Assembly (NCBI GenBank): GCA_040954595.2
Contig: CM082581.2
Coordinates: 11,592,286 to 11,656,285, forward strand
Reading direction: 5' to 3'
DNA: 64,000 nucleotides
Source: Balanoglossus misakiensis
Lineage: Eukaryota; Animalia; Hemichordata
A program made the translations under genes and the position numbers. This document shows, piece after piece, positions 52,301 through 64,000 of the stretch; the first letter of the stretch is position 1; each line of letters opens with the position of its first letter. The notes under the pieces are model-generated. The model was not told the DNA's origin, ran no database searches, and saw only the letters and a list, made by a program, of their open reading frames with translations.

Positions 52301-54390
52301 CTTCCTCTGCAGGGGGGCTGATAACGGGGCTTTCAGCTTTTCGATGTATTTGTTGCTCTTCGGCTGGTGTTCCTTTGGCATGCTTTCTCTGTCAAACATC
52401 CAATATTTGATAATTCATTATTAACATTTTCTCACAAGCAAATAAGTTGGCAATAAAAGCTTGTACAGGCTGAATGAAAATGGCAGCCGTTCCATTCACT
52501 GAAGGAAAACTTACTTGGGAATGTCAGCAAAGTCTTCATTGATTTCTTTGATTGTGTCGAATAACACTGTTGGTTCCACATTGGAATGTTCCAAGTCAAT
52601 CCTCTGCAAGACTGAAATCTACCAAAAGATGACTGATGTGAATCCATTCTTATTTATTTCACAACTGACTGAAATATGCTGAATTGCCAGTTACCAGAAC
52701 AGAGCTCGCATTTCTACCCATAAAGCATACCACATCAAAATATCTGCAACCATCTTACATCCAGTATGTCAGTCTCACCAACATTGGTACTTACTTGTTT
52801 AATGAGTTGTTTATTGTCATCTTCGACTGTTTTCCTCTTTTGTTGTTCTTCATCAAAGTTCAACAATACTGGCAGAGGTACGATGAAAGTTAAGGAGGTG
52901 CATCTTATAAATCTTTCAAAACTGTTAATGCCAGTTTGCTGGCAATTGTTATGGGGATCTGCAATACTTTTATATAAATGCCCCGCCCCTCACTTTCAAT
53001 ATGTACAGTCAGTCAATGTCAGGAAAATATAATGTTTACAGAAAGGATATGCATGGACTGGAATATGATTGTGAAGAAATTCTTGAGAGACACAGTGAGT
53101 GTGTCCTGCCACATCTTGGTGAAGTACAGTTCAAATGTAACATTCTGCTCTGGATTTTTGATGAATGGGAGAACTGAAACAAAACAGAAATAGTCATGAC
53201 TTATTGGTGATAGTGCAAGCTGCCATCTTGGAAATCTAATCAATCAATCAATCAACCAATCACAAGTCAAGTGACTGAATTTAACTAGCCTAGGGAGTTA
53301 ACTCGTACCACAGATGATGGGCACTTGATATGAAAACATTCAAGTAGCTGTATCTGAAGTGAGATGATATGAAATAAATACACAGCATGTAAACTTACCA
53401 AACCAGTCTCTCCATTCTGGTAGCAGTTGAAGGTCTGACACCATCTTGTCAAAGAATTCAGTCACTTTATCATTTCTACCATTCTGAAGAGCATGTATGA
53501 CATAGAGTCTATACAAGAGGAGGTAAGAGGTAAGATCCATATTATTTAATTGTAGTGAAGACCAGTAAAGCTAATTGGTGTTATCTCAATCACCAATATT
53601 GCATATCCAGCAGTCATTTACTTGTTATCTCCATATTTCTATCATACAAATTGTTGTGTTAGCACAGAGTCACTGAATACTAAGAAATAGAGAGTAAACC
53701 GTACCTCAACAAGCTAACTTCGAGTTTTCTGATTGTAGAATTGTACACATATTCAAGACGAGAAAATATCCTCTTATCCAAGTGCTTCCAGTACTTCTTG
53801 AGTCCATCTAAATCATAAACTGTTATGAAGCCATACAGGTGATCAACTATTTTGTCAGCCTGTAATTAAACAAAAATTAATAAGCCTCTTTTTATAAACC
53901 ATTGACTGATGAAGTCCCTGAGGCATTGATGGCCAAAATAACCCAGTGAAACACAGTCGTTTGTTACATAAACAACGTAAATTGGCCATTGTTGTTCTGT
54001 CCAACTGTATTGTGTACAAAAACCTGCAAGACAAAATGCCGCAATAATACAAGTGGACGTGTTTTCGACAAGGTACTGTCCCTCCATTATGTTGGAAGGT
54101 AGTGTGAACAAGATCGGCACCATAGTGAATGGTGGGTGGAGGTGCCAAATGGTTTGTTTTGCTCTTGAGACGAGAGTCTGGAACAAGTACTTCCGGACTC
54201 TGTGTTTACACTCAAAATTCGTCAACGTTGCGAGGGTTGATCGCCAGATTGGTATGGTAGTCCTTACCCTGAAACATTTGTCTCTGTCCGACTTGAGATC
54301 GGCTTCAAAACTCTTAAGCGTTCCCGTGAAACCTCTATACAACAAATAATCTCGAATGAGTACGTCGAGTCTTCCACCAGCCGCCGCCAT
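49333..54390 (-). CDS. WDR91: WD repeat protein 91 (endosomal Rab7 effector), multi-exon
   Basis: N-terminus [41 protein letters not shown]; [15 protein letters not shown]; [25 protein letters not shown]; C-terminus [37 protein letters not shown] with TGA at 49335-49333. Confidence 0.93.
52878..53050 (-). other. U12-type AT-AC intron in WDR91
   Basis: Minus strand: ATATCCTTT at 53050, branch point TCCTTAAC at 52896-52889, AC at 52879-52878. Splicing gives [16 protein letters not shown]. Confidence 0.93.
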
Positions 54391-55076
54391 CTTCACCTGG
54401 GGTCAGGGAAATCCCCAACAAGGTCAGGTCAGAGGTCATGTCAGGTCGCGAGGGAAACAGCGCCCCCGCAAGTTCAGTCGCGGTTTGTGTGCGCCATTTT
54501 GCAAATCTTGTCATTTTGCAACCATGTGGAGTACATGCTCCAGATATCCAAAATGGAAACATATTTCCAGAACATAAACACTTTTGTCAGTTTTGACATG
54601 ATCTTTCTTTCAAATGTTATAGAAACAGGTACACAGGGCCTATGTGAAACTTTCTCTAATCATACAATGTTTGAAAGGGAAATTGCTATAATTTGTCAAT
54701 GGATTATTGAAGCTTACTGAGGATCACAAGATGAAAGATCATTCATAAGATAGCACATACACGACATTATCAGCAGTATTGTATAAGCTAGTTTACTCTT
54801 TTATTACTCCAAAGAAAAAAAATATTTCAGAATTTCTGGTATTACAAGACAATGATGAGAAAACTCAATGAAATTGGAAGAAATGCATAGCAACAGTCAA
54901 GTAATTAATGTAGATAATATGAATGTACCTAAGGACCTAATAACTAACTTAAAGACAGAACTTATTTATGTACCTTAATTGGTCTGATATTTGCTTTGGT
55001 CAGAATTCTGTATTTCAGATTTACATGAGCATATTTAATACTAAAAGTGGTCGATGAATATATATGGCGTCCCTTT

Positions 55077-55295
55077 TCAGCAGAGCGATTTCTGCTCCTT
55101 CATGTATTCTGCGCATGACTTTGGTAACTGAACCAATCGCAGGAGTAATTCGCAGAGATCGTTGCACATCGGGATACATACACTGAAAGGGACGCAGAAG
55201 ACGTACAGCCAGGCGAATAGCGCTGCCACCGGCCAGGCGAAAAATATCAGAACCAAGATCCAGAAAATACTCCACAGCCAACCACAGTCTGCCAT
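55077..55295 (-). CDS. 72-aa hydrophobic, Cys-rich membrane microprotein, uncharacterised
   Basis: Good Kozak context (cagcATGG). About 40 uninterrupted hydrophobic residues with a central Pro. Upstream acceptor ~55332, donor G|GTAAGT ~56404, AATAAA on the minus strand near 54800. Confidence 0.7.
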   Translation of the reverse strand: MADCGWLWSIFWILVLIFFAWPVAALFAWLYVFCVPFSVCIPMCNDLCELLLRLVQLPKSCAEYMKEQKSLC

Positions 55296-57939
55296 GCTGA
55301 TGACGTCACTGTTGAAAGATCACGCACGTGCCTTTAAGAGAAAAATATATGGAATGTTAGGGTTTTTTTACAGTGTAACTTTACGATTACTTATACTGGA
55401 TGAAAATCTGATGATTGAATAACTACTACACCGTATGTAAAAGAATATAATGCAAATATTTTAACATTTGATGAAACCAACTCTTCACATCGTTATAGTT
55501 AAAGTAAATAAGTCAAACTATCTTTCACTTTTCATTTGAAAAGTATGGTTTAGGGCGCCATCGCCGACATATGTAATGTTTCCTATAGATGACCAGCGAC
55601 TGACCTTTTTCTGTACGTACGTGGGATCGTAAAACTAGTTTTCAGGTCACAACAACCAATTTGACCCGGTCAATATATCAGATTCACTCCTAAATATGGA
55701 ACCAGAAGCGATAAACATGTTATTTGCAACTGTTTCAAAGTAGTCATAATGTTATACGATGATCAAATAAGCTTTATTACATTAATACAGAAAACTCCCG
55801 CATATAGATATACCAGTGCAGCTTCATCGAGTCGACACCAATACATTAATAACTACTTGTCAATCTTGATTTCACCTTTACGCACTTTCTCATATATTGT
55901 TTCTGGTCTACTTTCTATATTCTTGGAATAGTCGAGCAGAGGCACTTGTTTCACACACAATGTACATGAAATTACATTGCACAACTTCCGCAAATGGAAG
56001 GGAAACTTTGGTGACGCTGTGGCAGCTGCGGACACGAGCTAGCTGAGGTCACCATGCAGTGCTTGCCACGAGGCTTAAATAATTACTTTCGAACCGATCA
56101 AGGTCTATCCAGCGTCACCCGACTGCTTATGACCTTGTTTTCTCCTTCATTTTGCAAAATGAAATAAGTATGTCTATCCTGAATGTCGAGGCGTTACCAT
56201 TATTTTACATTAATAGAGTTATGCGTGCATACTAGCCAATTGGGCTATGTAGGTCATTTCAGAAATATTCTACACATACTCCAAATCAGTACCTGGTATT
56301 CGCGAAAGTGGCACGTGCACTTGTCATTAAAGTACATGTAACTGAAAAAAAAACTGTCGAGTGCTGTGATTCGTGCATTTAGTCAAATATGTTTTTTAAC
56401 TTACCCTGTCTGCAAAAGTGACAGTCACATTCGATGTGCGCCGGCGTGATGTATGCCGTGCCAGGAAACTGAAGTATGTGAAGTATCACCACAGCCAGTG
56501 AAAGTCTCGTGATTGTTGACCTCATGTGACGGTGATATGTATGTAGGCGGCTTATTTTTAGAACAAAAAACTCCCTGTTCTCGACGAAGACCGATATAAT
56601 GAAAGGGCGGGCGTGGTGTACTTTGTGTTAGAAGGTGTACATTTAAATTCTGACCTCGAGAATTAAGAAGTACAATTTCTCAAGCGCTTGTGTATATATA
56701 ATGCCGGGCAGATCCTTTGGCCAAATTGGACTATATTATAGGGGAAGATGACCGCTCATTTTGGCCTTTGGATCTGTCCATTATATATACAGAGAAATGT
56801 TTGATATGCCCCAATGCCTCAGGTCAAGGGGATAAACGGTCACAAAAATGACAAACCGGAGAATTTACTACTAGAATACAACTATAAAAGCGCGAGGAGG
56901 TCAGTTATCATTAAGTCTGCGTGTTTTCTGGACCAAGGAGGGTAGATTGATGCCCATCGGATTCGGCTGATTGGCCCTTTTTGCTTTGTTCAAAACGTTG
57001 AATTTCATGTTGTAGGACTACTGGTATAAAATATCATACAAAATCTTCAACTGAAATTCTAAAGATTTACGCTCATTTGAACTTTGCATGCGTCCAGTTT
57101 CCAATGGAAAGAGAATTTTGCCGTTGGTGGCTCTCTTGTCGTTCCTCGTTACACCATGAACCAGACGTGCATATGTACAGCAGCATTCATGTAGATGAAA
57201 AGTTACAAGTGTATAAAACTCGAAACCTGTGGATTTTGGTGGTGGTACACTGTCCTTTAGATTGGAAAATGCATGGACAACGTTCATATTATTCTATAAG
57301 AAGATTTTGGCTTCAGTGAATTCCGAAAGTGTATCACAAGGTCCTTTTCGTGCCATTGGGCCAATAGGTTATGTACACAGTCATGTTCACCTTCACACGA
57401 ATTGTCTATTTTCATGTTGTTGAAACGATCAATTAATGTCATTGTTCATTACACCAATGTGTTGTTTGAACATCCTTTATGTTTTATTTATACAGACTAC
57501 TTATTATTCATGTTCTCCTTTCAATGAACCCTTTCTCATTGGCCAGTAGTGTTGTCATTCGCAATTGTTCTGGTCGGTTGCTTTTCTTTCCAATCAATCA
57601 ATGGTCGAAGTGCGAGGTGTTGGCCTGTTCGGGTCTTGCTTGGAATCCCACAGAAGCCTTTAAGGTGTTGTTTCTCTGCTCTGAGGCTTGGGGCAGTAGT
57701 AAGCGCAGGTCGGAGACGTAATTTCTCAGTGCCTGCTTTTTTCTGGATTGATTTAGTGAGCGATTTTCCTCCGTACACTATCTAAACAACATTCCTTTAA
57801 GTGGGACGCTCTCAGTCGCCATTATTGAACAGGTAGTTGAGTGAAAGTGACCCGCTCATGGTCGATTGCCGGGGGTTATACGCAGCTGCGACATAGCCTT
57901 CGCTCTTTGCCGTTTTTGCTGGTAGCCCATCGGGAAAAA

Positions 57940-60900
57940 ATGAATGTTCCCCGGGTGAAACGCGAGAGACGAAAACGCGGCCAGGCCCAGCTTCCGTGGC
58001 AGGACTCGAACTGGGTGCAAAGTTTTGCCGGGGATGCTGCTAGTCCTCTGCGGGTGTCCGATCTGAACCCTGGCTTCGGATTACGTCAAATAATCTTGCT
58101 GGTCGAGAAGAGGAAATTCATCGACTGCTCGCAGCTTATAAACCAGATGAATCAAATAACACTGAAGACTATCACACCAGAAATACCGGTTGATCTTATC
58201 CTCGCGGAAATACCCGGGTCGTTGGTAGTTTTGGAAAGTTTGTTTTCCAAACTGTTCATCGCCGATCCGGACAACTTCCCTGTGATGACACTACGAGTGG
58301 AAACACTTCTCTTGCGGATAGTGCATTACATGGCCAGGCAAGAAGATCCTAACCATCCAGAATTTCGCAGAAGTGGTCTTTACTTGAAGGCCATCACCAG
58401 CATCTTGAGAATCATCGCCTACGTCGATCCTGAATTGATGAAAGTGTTGAAAAACAAGAAGAAGATGATGCAGAATGTAATTGAAGGAATGGGCCATCAC
58501 GGATTGGTAAGTTTGGACAACTCTCTCATGACTCTGCACGATTCCTTGAAACAGGAGTTCGAAAGGAACATCTTGGCGTACAAGGCAGCCGTGCAGAAAC
58601 TCGAAGAGTTGAGTCTTTCCCACCCGAAGCCGATGACCATCAAAGATATCTCTACTGCCAGCGCTCGCATCGCCGCTCCGAGTCACCACAAATTGATGAA
58701 GGTGAACCAGGACCAAATTCAAGTTCGCCTCTACAAAAACAAAGCACTGTTGAATGTCGTCGAACCCAGTATGCGATCGGAACTTCCCAAGTTACTCGAG
58801 GTTCTACAGCAGTGCATTGAAAACGATAAAAGTGCCCTTCTTACGTTTGGCACCCTTCGCAAAGAAATCAAAACACTACCACAAGACATCAAAGTCGCAC
58901 CGGTTATCGCACAGTACCTACGCGGACTCACCAAAGTCTTGGAGATCTTTAATCAAGTTTCAGAAGAGCGGCCCGCCATGTCGGGGGGCACGAATGGTTA
59001 CCATAGTGACGAGGATGCGGTGATCACGATAGAAAAGTCCACAGCTTCTCAGAATGAAGACTCGCGCATCCAGTCACCAGGTAATATTGACATGGGTCTT
59101 TAATAATTTGGATTACTTCTTGAATTACACATCTGCTTTTACTCAACACAAATCAATAAAAAATCGATTTCTTGCGACATTATCGTTTTTTTTTAGAAAT
59201 ACCAGTTTTAGCATGTTATTCAACAGTACCCAAATAATTCAGTGTCTTCTTACTTGTTGACTGATACCCTTTAAGCGTTAGATGCACAAACGCACCCAAC
59301 TTCCTTGAGAAGTCAATGTGCCCATACAGCAAGTGAAAGGGACCTTTCAAGTATGCCACTCAACATGGACAATGTTGCACTTCCATATCATAACAACCAC
59401 GTCTTTAACTCTGCGCCAAGCTAAAGTGTGTTTTCATTCAGACATGACTGATCTGCCTCAGAACCAGGACTTTATTTGTGTTAATTAAAAGAGACATACT
59501 ATAATACAGGGATCCATTTAACCTTATGTTATAAATATAAGCTCATCCACGTTCTGTGTTAAAATATAGATGAGACTTGAGGATGACCTTTTGACCCTTG
59601 ACCCCACCTCCATGTCCAGACTGTTGGAAAGTAACTGTGGTTGTATCTGACCAAATCGTGGTATCAGAAGGTTAACAAAGTAACTCTCACATCTCATAAA
59701 AAATACAAATCCTAATATATTGGTTCAAAATGGTCATGCAAAACTCAACTGTTTGATTTACTTGCAAAGGAAGGCAAATTTGTGTTAACCAATCAGATAT
59801 CTGTATGAAATTTGTCTTATCCAATCACGTGTTGTGCCTGTAAACAGTATGAAATGATTTTGTTCCAGCTAGACTGGTGAAGATTTTGCAACATCAATGA
59901 AGGAACACTCCATCTACATCTATAGAGCTGAATATAAACAAAACAAGGATGTGAATAAAGTCACAGTTGTTGTTTCATTACCAGGGCACTGTATCTAGGT
60001 CAAACTGCACCATCGGAAAAATGGTGAGACCAGGTTATTGTGATGAAAATAAAGGACTGAAAAACTTCTATACATCACAAATGAATAAGTTTCTATTCAG
60101 AGGCTCAGTTCTCAATCTTCTGAAATGTTCAAAGCCAAGATTTGCATTCTATAATGGCAGAAACATTTGGAATTAATGCTGGGTGAAAAAAAAGTCAACA
60201 GTGACATTGTTTGTCAGGACTGTGATAAAAGAGAAACCCCATTATGGTTTCACTGATCAAAACACTAACTGTTTTCTGTTCATACACCCAGATTTACATA
60301 TCATTAAATTAATCCCTTTCCACGGATTCCATTCTTTAACAGTTGTGATTTGCATGTCGTTTTGTTTCAGCATGGTAGGACAGTAAAGTGGGCCAATTCA
60401 TGTATAGATTGTGAATGGCTTTTGAAGAAAAAGAAAGTAAAATCTCTCTTTACAACAATTGGGAGGTCATTGAACTTATTTAATTGACAATGACTTAACC
60501 ATTTTATCACTGACTATACGACATGTTACAACAGCCATGACTGTTACATGTAAGTTTGCCACCATTGTTTGAGAGCTTAGCTTTACAGTTGTGAGGAGTA
60601 TGTATGAGTCATCAGTCATCTTGTGACCATCTCAATATATGGAGATTGTATTTGTAAATTTGGATAAACCACCTGTTGATTGAGCCAATGATTCTCCAGC
60701 AAATTGTTAAAGTTTTTTGCTTCTTACCCCAAGTACAAGACTGCAGAGATTGTGAAAAAAATAAACCAAGTGTGCCCCCCCCCCCCACCAAACAAACACT
60801 CATAAACAACATATAAGAATTCTACAGACTGGAGTGTAGCTCATGCTTTTTCAAGCAAAACTGGACTGAAAATTTGCTGACACCAAATAGTACAGGTCAA

Positions 60901-63900
60901 GTAATGTCATCGGTAACAATGGAGGTCACAACTAAATTTGCAAAACCCCCCATCAGGGTTTGACGGTCTGTCAGTGGATATTGTGTATTGTTAAACTGAA
61001 CAATGTGGCCTTATAGAAACAGAAAGTGAATAATGGCCATAAGAGATTGGTAGACATTCTTGTTATTGTTTAATACAACAGTGAAATCTTCGAAAATGAC
61101 ATTTGCATTATTCCAAATTGACATGATTGAATGGTTACCATGGATACAAGACGTTTACAATGTCAGTCTGATTGACTGATGTGAAGAGGACATGTATACT
61201 ACTGACATGTCCAGCTTTCAAGTTTACAAAAATAAGAAAATCACGACACATGTTTCTCATTTCAACCAGACAGGGAATTATATGAACAAACTTGAGTCCT
61301 GCATTTATGGCCAGACAGTGCTTTTTTTTCCTTCGACAACAATAGCACAGCGGAATCCTTTACCGATTGTTGTCCTCAGCTAATCAATTCCTTGGTAGAG
61401 TGAACTCGGGACAATGAGTCGAGCCACTGAACAATCTGTGCAGTCAATAGTTGACAAAATTGAGTGAAATTCTGGCGACTCTGCAGTGACTGTGTGCAGC
61501 TGCAGGAGGGAACAGACATTTGTGGTTGTGGGTGATATGCGACATCAAAGGAATTATTTCCCAATAAGTTCAAAAGTTTATCTGAGTACGTCTGTGGTTG
61601 GATTGGAGCCAGTTTTCACCTATTGCACTTTTGAACCTTTCAGTTTGGATTTTGCAAGAAATTGAAAATCTGGAAATTTGCATGTATTTTTTGTTCAGCC
61701 TGCGTTCCATATCGAGGTCAAGTGATTTTAAGTGACAAGGTCATGACTGCAGTACACCGTCATTTGAAAAGACCCTTTACATGGCCCTTTGATCATTTTA
61801 ACTAGAAAGAAAGGGAGCTTTGTCTATTAAGAAACATGTTCAAATTATGTGAATTCCTCTGGTTTACAGTTATAGGGTCGAATCTGGAGAGAGGTGAGGC
61901 TCTCCAAACATGTTGAAGTAATGAAATAAGAGTAACTGAGTAGATTAGTTCTAATTGAATGTGCAAGCCTTGGAAATGTAAGCACAGAGCCTATGTTCTA
62001 GTATCCGTATGAGTTTATTAAATTGCAAGGCTTTGTCACATGATACTCTCAAATTAAAGCCACCAATATTAAAGGCATCTGTTACCATGGCGACTCACTG
62101 AATAAAAGTAATTAAGAAACTAATCACAGTCTAATATGTGCTTGTGGAATTTTAAACCCAAGAATATAACTTCCAGATTCTTCTGTGGGGTAGATAGGGG
62201 TCCCAAAGTTGGCATTTAGTACATTACAACATATATGTAGACTGCAGTCTCTTTCTACTGTCTGTGATTACAACCAACAGTTCTTGTCATTGTGACCTTG
62301 TCACTGTACACTGTGTGACCTGGAGCACACAGTGCCATATAAACCTTCTTTAACTTTATACCGAGTTATGAATTCGGCCAGTAATATCTCAAGCAAACTC
62401 ATACAAGATGAAAACTGACTTTATGTACAGAAATAACAGTGGGTTTATTTTATCTTGTAGCATAAAAGTTTATATATTTTGCTAAAAAAGAAAATTTGCA
62501 GTTTATGTAAAAAGTGGGTCATTGTGTCTCCTCTGACAAGAATGTGATAAAGTCCTTTCCCATTATATTCAACAATGGTCACCATTCAAACCATGGACTT
62601 CAATTCTCCACCGATTTTTTAACTGGCAGTACCTTCATCACGAAAAGAACATAAAAATACTGTGTGGGTGTAATATGTACCATCAGTAGGGATCTTCTCT
62701 AGAATAGTTTTGCTGTTATTATTGGATATGACAAGCAGATGAAAAGTTGGTTGTTGCAAAAGATTATCATTAAAATGATCTGACTAAACTATTGACACTA
62801 GAACTGGTTGATATGATTTTGAAGTGCATTCTGCAGAAATTGAAGGCTTTGAGTCAGGCTTTAACTCCAAATTTATTTGTTTTTCTTTTGTTTTTCCAGG
62901 GAAAACCTACAGTGATGCAGGTGATTCTGCAATCGGCAAAAGTGACACGGATGTGGACGTCATGGATGCTGCTCCATCAAGACGCAGCCGCAGCAAAGAC
63001 ACCAGGAAGAAACAGGAAAGAGATCGGAGTCGAGGACGCAGCAAGGACAAATCCAGGGCCAGATCCAAGGACAGGAGGGCTGGGTCTCTTGACAGGGAAG
63101 AGCTCAAACCGACCATCACAAAACCGAGACGGAACAGTGTGGAGGAAAGTGCGGAGTTGAAAATGATGATAGCAAGGATTAACAGAATGGCAGCTGCGTC
63201 AGGTAAGAAATAATTAGGCTGAAACTTTAGAAGATACTGTGTTTTTATATAGCATGTTCACCTTCTTGATTGGGTGGGTTTTATTACCAGATGCAGACAT
63301 ACTGTATCGTTGACAGAGTCAGTGTCAATCTCTCAGTCAAAACGCCAATGTCATGAGAGACTTGGTAATAGTGTCAACTCAACCCTGACTTCATTCCAAC
63401 CACCACAAATAACCACGACCAATGCAGAGCTAATGTTCCAGAACAAATGTTTACCCCCCAAAAAACAGAGGCTCCTCCCAGTTAAGAGACATGTTTTTAC
63501 GTTCCACTTGATGGGTTTTTGCAAGCTGCAGATGATTGGTCATCACGTCAGAGTTTGTACAGGTCATAGGTCATTCATTCTAATGCAAGTGGGCCATAAT
63601 TAATGATCTGGTAGTCAACTGTGATTTGTGTTCTTGAAAAAAATGGGATCTCAAATTGGTACTTGAAAGGGACCACATTTTTTACGTACCAGCAAATACT
63701 TTAAAACAACTGGTGATTCAGTGTGTTTCAGTTAGTTAACAGACCAACATAAATGATCGTTTTACATGAAACTAAAAAGAAACCAAACCATAACCAAAAG
63801 TGAGCAACTTTGTCCTTTTAATTCACACATTGTCAAGTCAACTTCTGTATTTTGTGTTTGTGCATGTATTTCTTACTATTTTGCATACTCTGTGTTTGTG

Positions 63901-64000
63901 TCTTTTTCTGGTTTCCATGACAACACTCCAAAACAGGTCACCGCAGCAGGAGCAGGTCGAGGAGTCGAGATCGTTCAGAGCTTGTACTACCGCCACGCAA
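57940..64000 (+). CDS. Uncharacterised protein, 5' exons 57940-59080, 62900-63202 and 63937 to beyond the window; helical N-terminal domain then RS-rich segments; possibly an invertebrate Mieap (SPATA18)-domain family member
   Basis: 380-codon first exon with a donor at 59080. In-frame phase-1 exons follow (GKTYSDAGDSAIG..RDRSRGRSKDKSRARSKDRR; GHRSRSRSRSRDRS). The family call comes from my memory of similar invertebrate N-termini only; no Mieap domain is visible in the window. Confidence 0.75.

Noticed and set aside
57841-57939. N-terminal extension given by the ORF track (GTG start)
   Set aside because: The ORF track uses alternative start codons. The first in-frame ATG is at 57940, in an A-rich context.

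Overview
Gene-dense, intron-rich animal nuclear DNA, AT-rich in the introns. Compact introns and chordate-like orthologues suggest a marine invertebrate, possibly a non-vertebrate deuterostome; this is inference only. I see no prokaryotic features, CRISPR array, rRNA or tRNA. Twelve spliced protein-coding genes can be supported, in order: 3' part of an LZTS/Fez1-family gene (+), a small secreted protein with two LDL-A modules (+), FAHD1 (+), a ~2700-aa C2H2 zinc-finger protein on one 8-kb exon (+), WDR1/AIP1 (-), cyclin J (+), BBIP1 (-), FIGNL1 (+), a Ki-67 orthologue (+), WDR91 (-), a 72-aa membrane microprotein (-), and the 5' part of an uncharacterised gene that may be Mieap-related (+). 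Most notable: two AT-AC U12-type introns (WDR1, WDR91); a ZNF-WDR1-CCNJ block echoing the human ZNF518B/WDR1 and CCNJ/ZNF518A pairs; a Ki-67 built from minimal motifs and H1-like repeats; a triple basic CPW motif in the zinc-finger protein; a caveolin-like microprotein divergent from a gene with intronic X-boxes; a 616-bp TA-flanked MITE; and a 160-bp foldback. Exon coordinates were read by eye and may be off by a few bases. Gene identities come from remembered motifs, not database searches.
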